Both the position numbers and the translations under genes were made by a program. From Candidatus Absconditicoccus praedator (GTDB lineage: Bacteria; Patescibacteriota; Gracilibacteria; Absconditabacterales; Absconditicoccaceae): a stretch of 32,000 nt of DNA. The first letter of the stretch is position 1. Each line of letters opens with the position of its first letter. Location of the stretch: NCBI RefSeq assembly GCF_021057185.1, contig NZ_CP054059.1, positions 540,001 through 572,000 of the forward strand, written 5' to 3'. The notes beneath the pieces are model-generated. The model saw only the letters and a program-made list of their open reading frames with translations, was not told where the DNA came from and searched no databases. Shown here in pieces: positions 29,450 to 32,000 of this stretch.

Positions 29450-31675
29450 TTATTTCGTTTTTTGAGTTTTTATTTGTCTTATTTTTTGATCTAGTAATCA
29501 CTTTTTTTCTTTTATTCTATCTCTTGAAAGTTGACTTAATTCAAAAAAATTTCATCCTACAAACATACATCAGTTTTTTATATCGGTCCACCTCACATAT
29601 ATATCTAACATAAAATCTTCTCATAAGATTGAAAAATCAACCATAATATTATCGTGTTTTATAATTTCCTTTTCCAAACCTTCTTCATACAAAAGACAAC
29701 ATCATATTCAAGTAATACTAATATTGAAAACCAGTCATCTCCACTGTCAATTTATTACTATTGGTATTAAAATTTTAGGAGACTCTATTGTTCTTCAAGT
29801 CAAAGATGAAAAAGCTCAACTTAATCAAACAGGTATATCATCCTCTTGAAACTCCTCACTATAAAACCTATCTAATAAAGGCTTTATAGCTTTTGATTTA
29901 TCCTCTAAAGTTGTATCTTTAGTAACATTCATTAAAAATTCAGATCTTGGAGAGTATTTATCATCTCTTACAACTCAAAAAATTTCTCTATTTTCTACAG
30001 ATTTTTGCATTAATGCTTCTCTTAGTGTAGAATGGTTGACATCAACTTTACTTGTATATTTATCTTTTTTTCTGGTAGGCATTGGAGGTATCAGCATTCT
30101 AGTACTTTTTAACAACCTCTCATAATTATTAATAGTAACTCTATAAGGAAAAACATTATTTTTAATTAAATATGATATTAATGCTATATTATTAGAATAT
30201 ATTCATTCCACAAAAATTTTAGGGTCTCATAAATTTTCAATATTTCTTTGTGACTCACTTAGTCTTTCAACTAAAGAATCATAATACCTTCTATATTTTT
30301 TATAATCCTCTTCTAATGGTAAATATTCCTTTTGTATTCTTGCAATAAGAAATCTTGCTTGCTCTTTTCATGATGAAGATAGGCTCTTTAAATAGTTTTG
30401 ATCTTTTCTAAAAAGTTCAAATATTTTTTTTCATTTTTGTATTTCTTCATCATTTTCTAACTCTTCTAATTTTCTTTTTTTTAATACCAATTTTTTTCTG
30501 ACTAAGTTGAGTATTTCTTCTGTTTTTATGGCATCTGCAGATTGATTATCAGATATTGATAAAACAGGAACTAATATGTTTGTTGAATCATCAAGAATTA
30601 TTCTTTCTTCAGAGTTAATAGATCTTCATTTTGGTTTATCAGTATTTATAGATTGAATTATAATTTCTATTCAATGTATTTTAGACTCAGAACAATTAAC
30701 TAAAGTTATCTTATCTCCAACTATAACACAATTTATTGCATTTTTTATGGTAATATTAGATCACACAATAGTTGAATTTTCTGCATAGTTTACAACTATC
30801 TGTCAATCAATACTTCTCAAAAATGAGTTTGAAATCCTTCATCTTGTTATTATAGCTCAAGAATCACTTACAATCTCTCACATACAAACACTTCAAGATT
30901 CTATTCTTCAAGAATTAGATTGAATACTTCAGTAAACAATTCATTTTTTTACTGTTAAATTTGTACAGTAAACTTTTTGATTTGATTCTATATTTCAACT
31001 AACACACAAATCATCACTATCAATTATAATTTCTCAGTATCTATCTTTTATATCTCACTCGTAATAAGGTTCATCTATTACATGCACTACTCAATTACCA
31101 TCCTCGAACAAATAACCAATTTTCTCTGCAACTAATAAAACTTCTCAGTTATTTTCTATAATTTTTGTTCAATTTCAACACTTAGATTCCAATTCCAATT
31201 TTGTATCTTTTACATCTAACTCTGAGATAAGTTCTCAAAAAATATTATACACTTTTCAAGAATTCTCTGGTAACCTAATTATAACAGGATCATTCAAGTC
31301 CGAAATTTGTCAAACCTTTAATATTGACTTAGTTGGTAATCCACTAGTAGCATACTCAGTTCATTGTATTTTTGGAGATGTGTTTTTTTCATATACAAAA
31401 TGAAAAGAAGTTTGTTCACTAAAATTTTGAGGTGAGGCTATAATGATACTTCAATCCTTCATTTCTGATATATAACTTATATTTTCATACTCAAATCAAC
31501 ATACAATTCACTTATCTATCATTACAAGGAATAATATGTCCTTAGAAAAAACATAGCCTGATTTATTAAATTGCTCCACATCAAAGTATGCAAACTCAGT
31601 ATCTGAGTATATTAAATTCTCATAAAAGCTTATTTCTTCTGGATCATAAGATAATATATTATCTCATATTTTCAT
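29450..31675 (-). CDS. Large FapA/DUF342-like protein B (741 aa), paralog of protein A, with C-terminal PilZ-like barrel
   Basis: ATG at 31675 (TAA 2 codons upstream in frame) to TAA at 29450-29452. ILFLVMIDKGIVCGFEYENI (FapA_N-like), a beta-helix-like region (GIVYGSIQSNSGRIESGSVCMGEIVSDSGAIITRGRISNSFLRSIDGQIVVNYAENSTIVGSNITIKNAINCVIVGDKITL), the coiled coil LVLKKRKLEELENDEEIQKGKKIFELF, and C-terminal GLVFNISITGIGCCL...VRWTDIKNGCMFVGGNFFEL. Confidence 0.6.
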
Positions 31676-31729
31676 TTCTGAAACAACTTTTATTCAATCC
31701 ATAATATTTACAAGCAATCTTTTATTTAT

Positions 31730-31960
31730 ATTATGTATATATACTCATTTTCTAAAAAGTTCTGACAAAAAAGTTAAAACATCAAATTTTGAAGAATTAT
31801 TTTGAGAACATATAAATATTCCTTCTTCATTTATATAAAAATCTAATGACAAAACCCCCAAAAGATCATTTAGACTATCAGAAATTTTTTCATTATCTAA
31901 TTTTGATTCAGCAAATTCCTCCTCTCTTTTATCAAGTGAGGTCATGTATTTGTAATTCAA
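31730..31960 (-). CDS. Small ORF (about 76 aa) resembling the extreme N-terminus of protein A; possibly a detached N-terminal module of protein B
   Basis: TTG at 31960 (preceded by AAGAGGG 9 nt upstream) or ATG at 31945. ...SDSLNDLLGVLSLDFYINEEGIFICSQNNSSKFDVLTFLSELFRKG compares with A residues ...SDMLKDELGLPITFSNEGVFFEFSSDLSKKSLLNYLKKIFEEG. The 3' end (in-frame TAA near 31730) was read by eye and is uncertain. Confidence 0.35.
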
Positions 31961-32000
31961 AGTAAATTGCCCTCTTATATTTTTTTAGTCTTAAAAATCA

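Noticed and set aside
1-32000. Alternative explanation: genetic code 4 (UGA=Trp, Mollicutes-like), suggested by the low GC content
   Set aside because: UGA falls at positions that are invariant Gly (Walker A GxxGxGKT, GGGTG of YvcK, GHGVG of MetAP, KGFGFI of Csp, lipobox Gly). Trp at these positions would destroy the motifs. Trp positions such as WCNSC, TWG and DWY are encoded by TGG.
1-32000. Mobile elements, prophage or known defence-system genes (transposase, integrase, restriction-modification, toxin-antitoxin, Cas)
   Set aside because: None of the table-25 translations showed motifs I recognise for these families. I saw no inverted terminal repeats or att-like duplications. The hypothetical genes remain unassigned rather than being called defence genes.

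Overview
This is a very AT-rich bacterial segment that is only coherent when UGA is read as glycine (translation table 25, known from Gracilibacteria/BD1-5 and Absconditabacteria/SR1, Candidate Phyla Radiation). The supplied standard-code ORF track is therefore fragmented, and its longest ORFs (248 aa and 230 aa on the plus strand) are antisense artefacts. I re-translated both strands by hand with UGA=Gly and TAA/TAG=stop. This gives about 35 tightly packed genes. Housekeeping genes: an N-domain-less clpC-like AAA+ gene (partial), rplI, HIT, rlmE, an RsuA/RluB-type pseudouridine synthase, nrdR, map, csp, a yvcK-like gene and lspA. Envelope genes: a thiol-reductant export module (CxxC thioredoxin-fold protein, CxxC lipoprotein, CcdA), a 3D plus PG-binding protein, an FKBP lipoprotein and a GT2. 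There is also an OmpR/HisKA two-component system and several lineage-specific genes. Most worth a second look: (1) two tandem paralogous 740-860 aa proteins (26812-31675) with a FapA/DUF342-like beta-helix, a coiled coil and a C-terminal PilZ-like barrel whose RxxxR and DxSxxG elements are about 70 aa apart, plus an upstream mini-ORF resembling a detached N-terminus; (2) a module of sensor kinase, response regulator, secreted hyper-acidic repeat protein and receiver-less wHTH paralog, with a shared 26-nt motif in two intergenic regions; (3) a secreted protein with two near-identical 351-bp (117-aa) acidic repeats in which 18 of 22 Gly codons per unit are UGA; (4) a DnaE fragment that stops right after the PHP domain; (5) a small-kinase-like domain fused to signal peptidase II; (6) an intrinsic-terminator-like hairpin inside the csp leader. 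I saw no rRNA, tRNA, CRISPR array, transposase or integrase. All calls come from by-eye translation and remembered family motifs; no database search was run. Start codons and domain boundaries are approximate.
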